Source: Halalkalibacterium halodurans (GTDB lineage Bacteria; Bacillota; Bacilli; Bacillales; Bacillaceae_D). Taken from it: DNA of 32,000 nt. How positions within the stretch are numbered: the first letter of the stretch is position 1; each line of letters starts with the position of its first letter. Of this stretch, positions 15,570-25,345 are shown in pieces. The position numbers and the translations under genes were made by a program. Where the stretch lies: NCBI RefSeq assembly GCF_004376175.1, contig NZ_SNUY01000006.1, forward strand, positions 1 through 32,000, in the 5' to 3' direction. The notes under the pieces are model-generated. The model did no database searches, was not told the origin of the DNA, and saw only the letters and a program-made list of their open reading frames with translations.

Positions 15570-16861
15570 GCTTGCTCCTCCCCTTTCAAGAAATAAATGG
15601 TATCGAGAACCACTTTGTTAGCCGCAGCTACAACTTGCTCCTTCGTAATCGCATCGATTTCGGCAAGCCACTTCTCCAACGTTCGCTCATGATTACTGAC
15701 GATATTATGATACATCACTTCAATTTGACCCCTAGGAACGTCAGCCGTTTCTAACAATTGATTTTTTAACATGGCTTTCGTTTGCTCAAGCTCTTTATCC
15801 GTAAAACGACCGTTTTTCATTTCTTCGAGCTGTTCTTTAATGATGGTGACCGCTTTTTCGTAATTGGTAAATTCAATCCCTGACATGACGATAAGTAGTC
15901 CTTTATGGCTTTCAAACCTAGAAGCTGCATAATATGCTAAGCTTTCTTTTTCCCTTACATTAATAAAAAGCTTTGAATGAGAGAAACCGCCAAACAAGCC
16001 GTTCATCACTTGCATGGCGACATAATCTGGGTCGCCATACGTTGTATACGCCCGAAAACCAATGTTTAGCTTTCCTTGCTTAACGTCTTGTTTTTCGATG
16101 ACCTCACGAGCTTCCTTCACTTCAGGGCTTGGAATAGAGGCAGGTACACTATCCGTCTTCGCTTCCTTTTGATACGTTGCTAGCTTTGAAAAAGTGTCCT
16201 CCACTGTACTCATGAGCGACGGGTCCCCTTTTTCGCCTAAAACGAACAGGTCGATCCTGTCGGAGTGTAGCATTTGTTCATAATAACGGTAAAGCTCCTC
16301 TGCAGATAGCTGTTCAACCTGCTCACGTGTTCCGTAAACAGATAAACCAAACGGTTCGTCCTTGCACATTTCTTCTGTCACTCGCAGGCTCGAATATCTC
16401 ATCTTGTCATCATAAAGGGATTCAATGCGCTCTAAAAGAGAACGCTTCTCACTTTTGACGACCGCCTCATCGAACTTGTTGCCACTCACCTTTGGTTCAA
16501 GTAATACTTCTGCTAAAAGGGAGAGCCCTTTTTCGAAAAGCGGTGTGGAATCAGAGAGAAACTCTTCATTTGCCACATCGAGGCGGATCGTGATAATGTG
16601 CTGTTCTCCTTTTTTCTGCACATCGGTTGCTAATGTTGCCCCGTACAAATCGTCCAATCGGTTTCGCAGGTCACTCCTCGTTGGACTTTTCGCCGTACTG
16701 TTTTGTAATACGTTCGCAAGCAATGCTCGCTTGGCGACCGTCTCTTTTTCAAGGGGTGCCTTTACCATTAACATGAGCGTGTTTGTTTTATACTTATCCG
16801 TTTTCAATAGATGCACATGAAGCCCGCCAGCTCGGGCATAGCTTTCCTGCAATTCATTCAA
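15566..16861 (-). CDS. ymfF: M16-family peptidase-like protein lacking the HxxEH motif (YmfF)
   Basis: 431 aa with an M16-like fold signature. The expected zinc-motif position reads ALLANVLQ, so the protein is probably a non-catalytic partner. Confidence 0.8.
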   Translation of the reverse strand: MNELQESYARAGGLHVHLLKTDKYKTNTLMLMVKAPLEKETVAKRALLANVLQNSTAKSPTRSDLRNRLDDLYGATLATDVQKKGEQHIITIRLDVANEEFLSDSTPLFEKGLSLLAEVLLEPKVSGNKFDEAVVKSEKRSLLERIESLYDDKMRYSSLRVTEEMCKDEPFGLSVYGTREQVEQLSAEELYRYYEQMLHSDRIDLFVLGEKGDPSLMSTVEDTFSKLATYQKEAKTDSVPASIPSPEVKEAREVIEKQDVKQGKLNIGFRAYTTYGDPDYVAMQVMNGLFGGFSHSKLFINVREKESLAYYAASRFESHKGLLIVMSGIEFTNYEKAVTIIKEQLEEMKNGRFTDKELEQTKAMLKNQLLETADVPRGQIEVMYHNIVSNHERTLEKWLAEIDAITKEQVVAAANKVVLDTIYFLKGEEQA

Positions 16862-16914
16862 TTCATTCAGCTCCTTTGTCTATCTATAGGAAAAGTCGAT
16901 ACGTTTTCTTTAGG

Positions 16915-17643
16915 TTATGCCTTCACACGTTTTCTTACAACGTGGAACGTAAATTTATCTGCACGAAAGTAGTTATAAGAGTAAAGAACGGGTGTATCAT
17001 ATTGGTCATAGTGCATCTGTTTAAGTAAAAGGAGCCCTGTCTCTGCTTCACATTCTAAGATTTCAGATACCTTTTCATGGAAACCAATCGGTTCAATCGT
17101 TGTCACCGCATGGGTGATCATCCGATCAGAGCCAGATTCCAAATGGTCGAGAATGGAGTTGATCTCGTGAACAGAATGCTGCCCGATTAATTCAGCCGGA
17201 AGCTTGTCAAGACAGTAAACAATTGGCACCCCGTCGGCTGTCCGCACTCGTTCAATCATCATGAGCTGGTCTAGGTTATCTGTTTGAAACCTCCGCTTAT
17301 CATCGTCTGTTGCTTCGATCTGATAAGAAGATAAAAAGATCGTCCCAGGCTCCATATCCGCATGGCGTATCATGTCGGTGACACTGTATAATTCCTCAAT
17401 TCCTGCCGAAAAAAGAGGCTTCGTATGGACAAATGTGCCTACCCCGTGTCTACGAACCACAACCCCCTCTTCTTCAAGCAGACGAAGGGCTTCTCGAAGT
17501 GTTGCCCGAGAGACACCTAACTGCTTGGACAGTTCAAACTCAGATGGGAGCTTCTCTCCTTCTTCATAGACACCCGATTCCATATCATGCTTTAATTTAT
17601 CAATGACCTGTAAATACAACGGCCTGTGATCGACTTTAATCAC
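16915..17643 (-). CDS. ymfC: GntR-family transcriptional regulator with UTRA effector domain (YmfC)
   Basis: 242 aa. The N-terminal wHTH is [31 protein letters not shown]. Position next to spoIIIE supports the call. Confidence 0.85.
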   Translation of the reverse strand: MIKVDHRPLYLQVIDKLKHDMESGVYEEGEKLPSEFELSKQLGVSRATLREALRLLEEEGVVVRRHGVGTFVHTKPLFSAGIEELYSVTDMIRHADMEPGTIFLSSYQIEATDDDKRRFQTDNLDQLMMIERVRTADGVPIVYCLDKLPAELIGQHSVHEINSILDHLESGSDRMITHAVTTIEPIGFHEKVSEILECEAETGLLLLKQMHYDQYDTPVLYSYNYFRADKFTFHVVRKRVKA

Positions 17644-17693
17644 ATGAATCCCCCCTTGATTCTCCCTCTCAAAAAATACTCCTTATGCAGCCA

Positions 17694-20063
17694 TTAATGG
17701 GACGAAGCTTCATCGTCTTGTGCCTGAACGAGCACCTCTCTCGGCTTACTGCCTTCGTACGGGCCGACAATACCTCTCGCTTCCATCTCATCAATGAGCC
17801 TCGCCGCACGTGTATAACCGATACGGAACCTTCGTTGTAACATGGAAACCGATGCTGAGTTCATTTCAATGACAAGGTTTACTGCATCATCATAGAGCTC
17901 ATCATCCACTTTCTCTGTTACTTTCGTCTCTTCCGTCGGCGTCATTTCTTCAGCATATTGAGCTTTCTGCTGGGCGACGACAAATTCTACGATCGTTTCC
18001 ACTTCTTCATCAGATAAAAAGGCCCCTTGGACACGGGTCGGTTTCGTTGCTCCCATTGGCAAGTAGAGCATGTCTCCACGGCCTAACAGTTTCTCGGCTC
18101 CACCTGTATCTAAAATCGTCCTGGAATCCGTCTGCGAGGAAACTCCGAACGCGATCCTTGACGGAATGTTTGCTTTGATGACACCGGTAATGACGTCCAC
18201 TGATGGACGCTGTGTTGCTAATATCATATGAATACCAGCTGCCCGTGCCATTTGCGCAAGTCGAGCGATGGAATCTTCCACATCGCCTGAGGCAACCATC
18301 ATTAAATCTGCAAGCTCGTCCACAATGACCACAATGTATGGCAACGTCGGTTGCTTTGCATCTTCCTTTTCATTTTGGCGCGTAATCATTTCATTATACC
18401 CTTCAATATTTCGCGTACCTGAATGGGAGAACAAATCATATCGTCTCTCCATTTCCGCAACGACTTTCTTTAAAGCCTGCGATGCTTTTTTCGGTTCAGT
18501 GACAACCGGTGTAAGCAAATGAGGAATGCCATTATAGACATTGAGCTCAACCATTTTCGGATCGATCATCATCAGCTTCACTTCGTGGGGCTTCGCCTTC
18601 AGTAAGATGCTCGTAATGATCCCGTTGATACAAACGCTTTTACCGCTACCTGTCGCACCTGCCACAAGCAGGTGGGGCATTTTGTTTAAAGGGGCAAAAA
18701 CAGGCTCACCAGAAATATCTCGACCAAGCCCAACCGATAATACGTTGCGATCCGCCTTAGCTTGCGGAGAATCAAGCACTTCCCTAAGCGTTACGATCGC
18801 CACTTCTTGATTCGGCACTTCAATCCCAATCGCTGATTTTCCAGGGATCGGCGCCTCGATGCGAATGTCTTTTGCGGCTAGAGCCAAGGCTAAATCATCG
18901 GCTAAGTTGACAATTCTGCTCACCTTCACTCCCACATGGGGATTCACTTCATATTTTGTCACAGCAGGACCTAAGTGTACCTTTGAAACGTGAGCTTTTA
19001 CACCGAAGCTTTCAAGCGTTTTTCTTAGTTTTTCTGCGTTTTTATGTAGCAGTCGTTTCTCCATCGATTGATTTGGATTGTTTGGCAATTTCAATAACTC
19101 AATGGTTGGTAATTGATAATCATCATTCGGTGTTACAGCGGTTGCAAGCGATACAGTTGGCATCTCTTCTCCTTCTTGACCTTGAGATGCTAGCTTATCT
19201 TCCTCAGGTGCCTCTTTGCTCACCTGATCCTCTTGCTTAGCTGGCTTCACCTGCTGCTTAACCGTTGCATCATTTTTCGCTTCATGACTCACCCTCTGAG
19301 AAAAGTCGACGATCTCTAACGGTTGATCGTTTTCTTCTTGAGCAGGGTCTTCGTTACGGCTGCGTTTCGCCGCTTTTTTCTCTTTTCGTTCCTTCAACAG
19401 CTTACGATCTTGCTCCAGCTTTTCTTTTGATTCTTGACGAAATTGCTTCCATTCATTCCATGTCCCTTTGATAAAGTCGACTACCCATAAATACGTACGG
19501 CGGATTGCTTTTCCGAACAAATCTGTGATGGAATGGCCGGTAAGCAAAATCAATCCAGCCATAAATAAAATAAAACATAAAAACAATGTCCCACCGTCAG
19601 CAAATAAAAAATGGCTGGCTGCATAAGCTATCGCTCCGATCATCCCTCCTCCTAGATCGGAATGCTGAACCTCACCATACATATCAAGCCAAAATAAATT
19701 CCACGTGTTACGAATAACGGATTGATCGCTGAATCCTTCGTTTCCTTGGAGTTGTCCAAACAATCCTACATGGCTAAAAAGAAGGGCTGAAAGCAGCATC
19801 AAGTATAGGCCGCCGATCCTTCTTGACCATAGGGGTGGTTTCTCTCGCTTAACCATAATGTAAAGCGCGGCTACAAGCAGCGCAATTGAGAGAACGGCGT
19901 ACCACTCTCCTAGGAAAAAACGAAACAACCGAACGAGCGTTTCACCGACCGTACCTAACTGTGCTAATGCGACTACGGCAATAACCAAAATGCCGAGCCC
20001 TACTAGCTCAAAGGTTAGTTGGGATTGCCATGCAACTTTTTTCTTTTTTTTACGTTTAGCCAT
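17694..20063 (-). CDS. spoIIIE: FtsK/SpoIIIE-family DNA translocase
   Basis: 789 aa. It has an N-terminal multi-TM domain, an acidic/basic linker and a motor with Walker A GATGSGKS and Walker [12 protein letters not shown]. The gamma wHTH is [20 protein letters not shown]. Synteny is tepA-ylzJ-spoIIIE-ymfC. Confidence 0.93.
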   Translation of the reverse strand: MAKRKKKKKVAWQSQLTFELVGLGILVIAVVALAQLGTVGETLVRLFRFFLGEWYAVLSIALLVAALYIMVKREKPPLWSRRIGGLYLMLLSALLFSHVGLFGQLQGNEGFSDQSVIRNTWNLFWLDMYGEVQHSDLGGGMIGAIAYAASHFLFADGGTLFLCFILFMAGLILLTGHSITDLFGKAIRRTYLWVVDFIKGTWNEWKQFRQESKEKLEQDRKLLKERKEKKAAKRSRNEDPAQEENDQPLEIVDFSQRVSHEAKNDATVKQQVKPAKQEDQVSKEAPEEDKLASQGQEGEEMPTVSLATAVTPNDDYQLPTIELLKLPNNPNQSMEKRLLHKNAEKLRKTLESFGVKAHVSKVHLGPAVTKYEVNPHVGVKVSRIVNLADDLALALAAKDIRIEAPIPGKSAIGIEVPNQEVAIVTLREVLDSPQAKADRNVLSVGLGRDISGEPVFAPLNKMPHLLVAGATGSGKSVCINGIITSILLKAKPHEVKLMMIDPKMVELNVYNGIPHLLTPVVTEPKKASQALKKVVAEMERRYDLFSHSGTRNIEGYNEMITRQNEKEDAKQPTLPYIVVIVDELADLMMVASGDVEDSIARLAQMARAAGIHMILATQRPSVDVITGVIKANIPSRIAFGVSSQTDSRTILDTGGAEKLLGRGDMLYLPMGATKPTRVQGAFLSDEEVETIVEFVVAQQKAQYAEEMTPTEETKVTEKVDDELYDDAVNLVIEMNSASVSMLQRRFRIGYTRAARLIDEMEARGIVGPYEGSKPREVLVQAQDDEASSH

Positions 20064-20152
20064 CGTGTCACCCTCTACTACTTAAACAATCAAGGAGGAT
20101 GCTACATAAGAAGCAGCCATGTTGGCTGCTTCCACCATCCTTGGATGAAATT

Positions 20153-20161
20153 ATTATAGCA
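20153..20161 (-). promoter_or_regulatory. Extended -10 promoter element upstream of spoIIIE
   Basis: The minus strand reads TGCTATAAT (TGnTATAAT). No good -35 is present. It is followed by a 9-bp-stem hairpin in the predicted 5' UTR. Confidence 0.45.
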
Positions 20162-20216
20162 CAGACAAAAACATCACTGCATCCGAGGAAAACGGAAAAT
20201 AGCAAGTTTCCCGTGC

Positions 20217-20438
20217 TTAAAGTTGCGGTTTCGCGTAAATCACCGTTCCGGGTGCGAACCTTGACTCTAAATAGTGACGAGGGTTGCTGCTTATTAAACG
20301 GACTACTCTGTATTCAGATGAGGACATCTCTTCTACGATCACCATCGCTCCGTCTACGTCAATGGTCCGCACATTTCCCGATGGCTGCGTGTCTTCATAG
20401 AAGATCGATTCATATGGAACCATCGTATACAATATCAT
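20217..20438 (-). CDS. ylzJ: YlzJ-like small protein
   Basis: 73 aa starting [13 protein letters not shown]. It has a 4-nt overlap with the tepA stop. Position between tepA and spoIIIE matches B. subtilis. Confidence 0.7.
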   Translation of the reverse strand: MILYTMVPYESIFYEDTQPSGNVRTIDVDGAMVIVEEMSSSEYRVVRLISSNPRHYLESRFAPGTVIYAKPQL

Positions 20439-21205
20439 TGCATCATTTCCCCTTCAGGATGGGGTAGCTGCTGCTTTTCGATGAGTTCCGTTAATTTCTG
20501 CATCGCTTTTCCGATCCCTCCCACTTCATCAATGAGTCCGTATGTTACGGCGTCAGTTCCAATGACGTTTGTCCCGATGTCCCTCGTTAAATTCCCTTTT
20601 GAAAACATGAGCTCCTTAAACTTTTCCTCCGAAATATGAGAATGTTTCGTCACGAAGCTAACGACCCGTTCCTGCATTTTATCTAAATATTCAAATGTTT
20701 GCGGTACACCGATGACAAGTCCTGTTAGCCGGACCGGGTGAATCGTCATCGTCGCAGTCTCAGCAATAAATGAATAATTAGCGGCGACCGCAATCGGAAC
20801 GCCGATCGAATGACCCCCTCCTAATACGAGGGTGACGGTAGGCTTTGACATGGTCGCAACCATTTCGGCGATGGCAAGTCCTGCTTCAACATCTCCGCCC
20901 ACCGTATTTAAAATGATCAGTAATCCTTCAATTTTTTTATTTTGTTCCGCGGCTACAAGCTGTGGAATAATGTGCTCATATTTGGTCGTTTTGTTTTGCG
21001 GAGGTAGCTGCATATGCCCTTCAATCTGACCGACAACCGTTATGCAATGGATATTGGACTGTTCCATTTCTGGAACGTTCGTTTGACCCAATTGCTGAAT
21101 TTTTTCAATAATGCCTGAAGGCTTCCCTTCTTGATTAGGCTCTTGTTGCGGTTGCTCTGGCTGCTGAGGTTGCTCTGGCTGTTCATCTTGTCGTCCGTAA
21201 TCCAT
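20435..21205 (-). CDS. tepA: ClpP-like translocation-enhancing protein TepA
   Basis: The track ORF is trimmed to ATG 21205, with AAAGGAGGATGATC directly upstream. Length is 256 aa. The ClpP/crotonase-like core reads [19 protein letters not shown]...[13 protein letters not shown]. The N-terminal tail is Q/P/E-rich. Confidence 0.8.
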   Translation of the reverse strand: MDYGRQDEQPEQPQQPEQPQQEPNQEGKPSGIIEKIQQLGQTNVPEMEQSNIHCITVVGQIEGHMQLPPQNKTTKYEHIIPQLVAAEQNKKIEGLLIILNTVGGDVEAGLAIAEMVATMSKPTVTLVLGGGHSIGVPIAVAANYSFIAETATMTIHPVRLTGLVIGVPQTFEYLDKMQERVVSFVTKHSHISEEKFKELMFSKGNLTRDIGTNVIGTDAVTYGLIDEVGGIGKAMQKLTELIEKQQLPHPEGEMMQ

Positions 21206-21289
21206 GATCATCCTCCTTTTCATCGTGGTGTTAGTATAAACGGCAAGGGAGCATTTCATGCGACAGCGATATTTCTCAGAAGCAAAAGA

Positions 21290-23118
21290 GGCTGGGACAA
21301 AACTAGCCAAAAATAGTAAGTAAAAAGGTTCCAAGCAAATAATAAGTGCTTGGAACCTTTTTTGTGGAGTTTTTCTTATTTCCTGGCCCTATGTCACCGT
21401 TCGTGGCCGTGTACTTTCTCAAGTTCACGGCCATAAATGCAAACCCCAATTCATTTTTCACTTTATCTTTGCCTCTGACGGACATTCGAGTGAAACCCAA
21501 ATTAGCCTTCAGAAAACCGAACACTGGTTCTACTTCAACTTTTCGTTTCCTGTAAATTTCACCAGTTTTCTCGTCTGAAAGCTTCATACGTATATTTTCT
21601 TTTTGAGATTCCCACTTTTCATTAATGTAGACTTTTCGATTGTTGCCTTCTTTTGCTTTCGTGCACAGTTCGCGGAATGGACAGCCTGAACAATCTTCAC
21701 ATTCGTACACTTTAAATTCCCGTGTGAATCCGTACCTGTCTGTTCGTTTGGACTGATGGCTAAACCATACTTTTTGACCATTTGGACATCGGAAAGCGTC
21801 CTCTTCCTCATTATAATCCCAATTGTCTACATGAAAAGCATTGTCTTTGTGTTTCCTTTTCTTTTCCTTTCGATACTGATTGTATGTAATAAGTGGCGTT
21901 CGATTTCGATTCTCAATGATTTCTTCATAGTTCTGTTCGCTTCCGTATCCTGCATCTGCAACGATATATTCTGGTAATTCGAAGAAATCTTCTATCGTTT
22001 GAAGAAATGGAATCAAGGTGCGTGTATCTGTTGGATTTGGAAAAACATCGTAAGCGAGTGCGTATTGACCTTCTGTCGCAAGTTGTACATTATAACCAGC
22101 TTTCAATTGACCGTTCTTCATGTAATCGTCCTTCATCCGCATAAACGTCGCATCAGGATCAGTTTTTGAATAGCTATTGCGTTCGCCGAAAGTCTCCATA
22201 TCTTTTTGATACTTTTGTTTACGAGCAATGAAATCCATGAACTGCTTACGAGCTTGTTTTGGTGCTTTACGTTCAGCGCGAATGTTCTTCCGTTCACTGC
22301 CGACCTCACAAGCTTCAATTTTTTTATCATATTCGCTGACTGTTTCGTCTAACTTTTTGACCACTTCTTCCATTTCTTTAACGGTTAGTTCTTCTTTACT
22401 TTCTCGTTCTATCGCTGGGATAATTTCCTTTTCCAATAATTCATCATACAGTTGGTTGGACTTTTCTATTAATTTTTCACTATATTGTTCGACGGATTTT
22501 CTCCATACAAAGGTAAATTTGTTTGCGTTCGCTTCAATCTTCGTACCATCAATAAAAATTGCTTCTTCTTCAATCAACTCCTTTTCCACGAGTTGATTAC
22601 GGAATTGGACAAAACATTCGCGCAGTAATTTTTCAATAAGTGGATTGGAACGGAAACGATTAATCGTCCGATAGCTCGGCTCATTTCCTTGGGCTAACCA
22701 CATCATCCGAATACTGTCTTGGAGCAACGCTTCTATCTTACGACCAGAAAACACAGATTGTGTATACCCACACAAAATAACTTTTAACATCATACGAGGA
22801 TGATAGGCAGGACGTCCAGTTTGGCGTAAGAAATCTTTGAATGCTTCCTCTGGTATGCTCTCTACAAGGTCATTAATCGCAAAAGCAATATCATTTTCTT
22901 GTAATTTTATTTCTAAATCTAGCGGCAAAACAATTTGATTCATGGTATACTGTTTAAACATAAGGACACCTCCAAAAATTATTGTTTAGTCACTTTAATT
23001 TTATCAAAAGGTGTCCTTTTGGTTTACACAAAATACGAATAAAAAGGCGTGAAGCCTACACTTTTTAGTGTAAGCTCCTACGCCTTATTTTTTTATTTCC
23101 TGGGGTTTTGTCCCAGCC
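21290..23118 (-). mobile_element. IS1182-family insertion sequence, apparently complete (~1.83 kb)
   Basis: The 14-bp terminal inverted repeats are GGCTGGGACAAAAC (21290-21303) and GTTTTGTCCCAGCC (23105-23118). They extend to 16 bp with one mismatch. They flank a single 552-aa transposase ORF. No clear target-site duplication is visible. Confidence 0.8.
21303..22961 (-). CDS. IS1182-family (DDE) transposase
   Basis: 552 aa. The N-terminus [41 protein letters not shown] is typical of IS1182-family transposases in Bacillaceae. SD GGAGGTG lies 6 nt upstream. The stop codon lies inside the terminal repeat. Confidence 0.88.
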   Translation of the reverse strand: MFKQYTMNQIVLPLDLEIKLQENDIAFAINDLVESIPEEAFKDFLRQTGRPAYHPRMMLKVILCGYTQSVFSGRKIEALLQDSIRMMWLAQGNEPSYRTINRFRSNPLIEKLLRECFVQFRNQLVEKELIEEEAIFIDGTKIEANANKFTFVWRKSVEQYSEKLIEKSNQLYDELLEKEIIPAIERESKEELTVKEMEEVVKKLDETVSEYDKKIEACEVGSERKNIRAERKAPKQARKQFMDFIARKQKYQKDMETFGERNSYSKTDPDATFMRMKDDYMKNGQLKAGYNVQLATEGQYALAYDVFPNPTDTRTLIPFLQTIEDFFELPEYIVADAGYGSEQNYEEIIENRNRTPLITYNQYRKEKKRKHKDNAFHVDNWDYNEEEDAFRCPNGQKVWFSHQSKRTDRYGFTREFKVYECEDCSGCPFRELCTKAKEGNNRKVYINEKWESQKENIRMKLSDEKTGEIYRKRKVEVEPVFGFLKANLGFTRMSVRGKDKVKNELGFAFMAVNLRKYTATNGDIGPGNKKNSTKKVPSTYYLLGTFLLTIFG

Positions 23119-23125
23119 CCCATTT

Positions 23126-24793
23126 TTATACTTCCATAATAATTGGTAAAATCATTGGCCGACGCTTTGTTTTTTCAAACAAAAACCGACTGAGGACTTC
23201 ACGAACATTGCTTTTCAATGAAGACCATTCGTTCACATTTTCGGTGACACATTTTTTTAACGTCTCGGTCACTAATTCATTCGCTTCTTCAATTAATTTT
23301 TCCGACTCTCGTACGTAAACAAATCCGCGCGAGATAATATTTGGTCCAGAAAGAATCGTTCCTGATTGTTTGTTTAACGTCACAACAACAACAAGGATGC
23401 CATCTTTTGAAAGGAGGCGACGGTCACGAAGAACAATATTTCCCACATCTCCGACACCTAGTCCATCAATAAGGACGTTACCAGATGGGACTTTGCCTGC
23501 CTTTCTTCCTTGACCATTTCGAAATTCAACGACTTCTCCTTTATCGACAAGAAAAATGGCCTCTTCTCTGATCCCTACACTTTTCGCTAACTCTTTATGA
23601 GCATGTTGCATGCGAAATTCACCGTGAATGGGGACGAAAAATTTTGGACGCATGAGGTTCAACATCAGCTTCAATTCCTCGGCGCTTCCATGCCCTGACG
23701 CATGAACCTTTCCATGACCGAAAATGACATCTGCACCAATACGGTGAAGTAAATCAACGATAGTGGATACACTTCTCTCATTTCCTGGAATTGGGGTTGC
23801 GGCGATAATCACCGTATCGTTTTCCGTAATTGTGATTTGACGATGCGCCCCTTTTGCCATCCGCGATAAAGCAGACATTGGCTCCCCTTGGCTACCGGTC
23901 GTAATAATCGCGACCCGTTCATCATCATATTTTGATACTTCCTCAATATCGATAAATAGATCATCCGGAGCCTCTAAGTAACCTAATCGTTCTGCGATCG
24001 AAACGACTTTGACCATGCTTCGCCCTGCTACAGCTAATTTCCGATTCGTTGCAATCGCTGCATGAATCACTTGCTGTACTCGATGGACATTTGACGCAAA
24101 TGTTGTGACGATGATTCGGCCTTTTGTTTGCTCAAAAGCCTCTGCAATCCCCCGACCGACCTCCGTCTCTGACTTCGTCATCCCTGGGCGCTCTGCGTTC
24201 GTACTATCGGAAAGGAGACATAGCACCCCTTTGTGACCAATCGCCGCCATCTTTCCAATCTCAGCTTGCTTTCCATCTACAGGCGTTTGATCGAATTTGA
24301 AATCACCTGTATGAACAATAAAACCTTGTGACGTTTGAATGCAGATTCCTACCGAATCTGGAATGCTGTGATTTGTTCGAAAAAAGGAAACGGGGGTAGA
24401 GCCTAATTTTAAGCGAGAGTTACTATCAATAAGCTTTAACTTTGCTGAACGGATCAAGCCTGCTTCTTTTAGTTTTTCTTCAACTAAACCAAGGGTAAGC
24501 TTTGTTCCATAGACAGGGACATTTAACTTTTGCAATACATATGGCAAGCCGCCAATGTGATCTTCGTGACCGTGAGTGAGCAGGATGGCCCTTACTCGCT
24601 CTTCATTTTCCACTAAGTATGAAATATCCGGGATGACCACGTCAACCCCGAGCATTTCATCATCGGGAAACATTAAGCCTGCATCGATGACGAAAAGGTC
24701 ATCGTCTACTTCTACGACGTACATGTTTTTGCCAATTTCACCTACGCCACCTAAGGCAAAAACACGAATGGATTCTGTTGTTTGCTTTGACAA
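23126..24793 (-). CDS. rnjB: Ribonuclease J (metallo-beta-lactamase / beta-CASP family)
   Basis: 555 aa. It has LTHGHEDHIGG (HxHxDH). The start is TTG, with AGGAGGAACAGAA upstream. The rnjB symbol is assigned only from position between dapA and tepA. The sequence alone does not separate J1 from J2. Confidence 0.85.
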   Translation of the reverse strand: MSKQTTESIRVFALGGVGEIGKNMYVVEVDDDLFVIDAGLMFPDDEMLGVDVVIPDISYLVENEERVRAILLTHGHEDHIGGLPYVLQKLNVPVYGTKLTLGLVEEKLKEAGLIRSAKLKLIDSNSRLKLGSTPVSFFRTNHSIPDSVGICIQTSQGFIVHTGDFKFDQTPVDGKQAEIGKMAAIGHKGVLCLLSDSTNAERPGMTKSETEVGRGIAEAFEQTKGRIIVTTFASNVHRVQQVIHAAIATNRKLAVAGRSMVKVVSIAERLGYLEAPDDLFIDIEEVSKYDDERVAIITTGSQGEPMSALSRMAKGAHRQITITENDTVIIAATPIPGNERSVSTIVDLLHRIGADVIFGHGKVHASGHGSAEELKLMLNLMRPKFFVPIHGEFRMQHAHKELAKSVGIREEAIFLVDKGEVVEFRNGQGRKAGKVPSGNVLIDGLGVGDVGNIVLRDRRLLSKDGILVVVVTLNKQSGTILSGPNIISRGFVYVRESEKLIEEANELVTETLKKCVTENVNEWSSLKSNVREVLSRFLFEKTKRRPMILPIIMEV

Positions 24794-25315
24794 TTCTGTT
24801 CCTCCTACTTCTATTCAAAAAAAATAATCCTACATTTTTCGTGAGCTACACAAGACAAATTTGTCCAATTTTTTCATAACATCCCTATCTTAATTCAGCA
24901 AAAGTTAGTCAGGAGCCGACCTTTCATCCGCTTCCTCTAAATGGATCTCCTTCAAGTCATCACATGGCACCGTCACGATTGTGCATTCTTGAGACTAAGG
25001 AGCGTCCTCATAATGAAATAGTCGCCACCCAATAAAAAGTACCGTTCCATACACACCTTGAAAAAAAGTGACGCCAACGAACGATCGTTGACATACTGTA
25101 TCCGAACTCATCACTTATGCTTAGTATACATGATCTCTCAAGTCGAAAACAAGTCTAGCTGTAAAATTGTGCTACGTTCCATATCCATAGCCTTTTACCA
25201 TGGAATATGTTCTTTCCTTTGCTTGGTTTTTCTGATGGAAGGAAAGTGACGGTTATTATCCTTCTCCACATACTTCCCCCATTCAAAGCTCGTTTCTATA
25301 CTTTTCACATTATGT

Positions 25316-25345
25316 AAAAAAAGCGCCGAGTCCATTCGACGCTTT
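25316..25345 (-). terminator. Intrinsic terminator of dapA
   Basis: The minus strand reads AAAGCGTCGA, loop ATGGAC, TCGGCGCTTT (one G-U pair), then TTTTACAT. It starts at the dapA stop codon. Confidence 0.65.

Noticed and set aside
21206-21334. 43-codon N-terminal extension of the tepA track ORF
   Set aside because: It extends into the IS1182 terminal repeat, so it would be a chimeric frame. The internal ATG at 21205 has a consensus SD.
25058-25249. 63-aa plus-strand ORF in the dapA-rnjB spacer
   Set aside because: It has a TTG start with no SD and is oriented against every other gene. The product is Cys/His/Leu-rich with no recognisable features.
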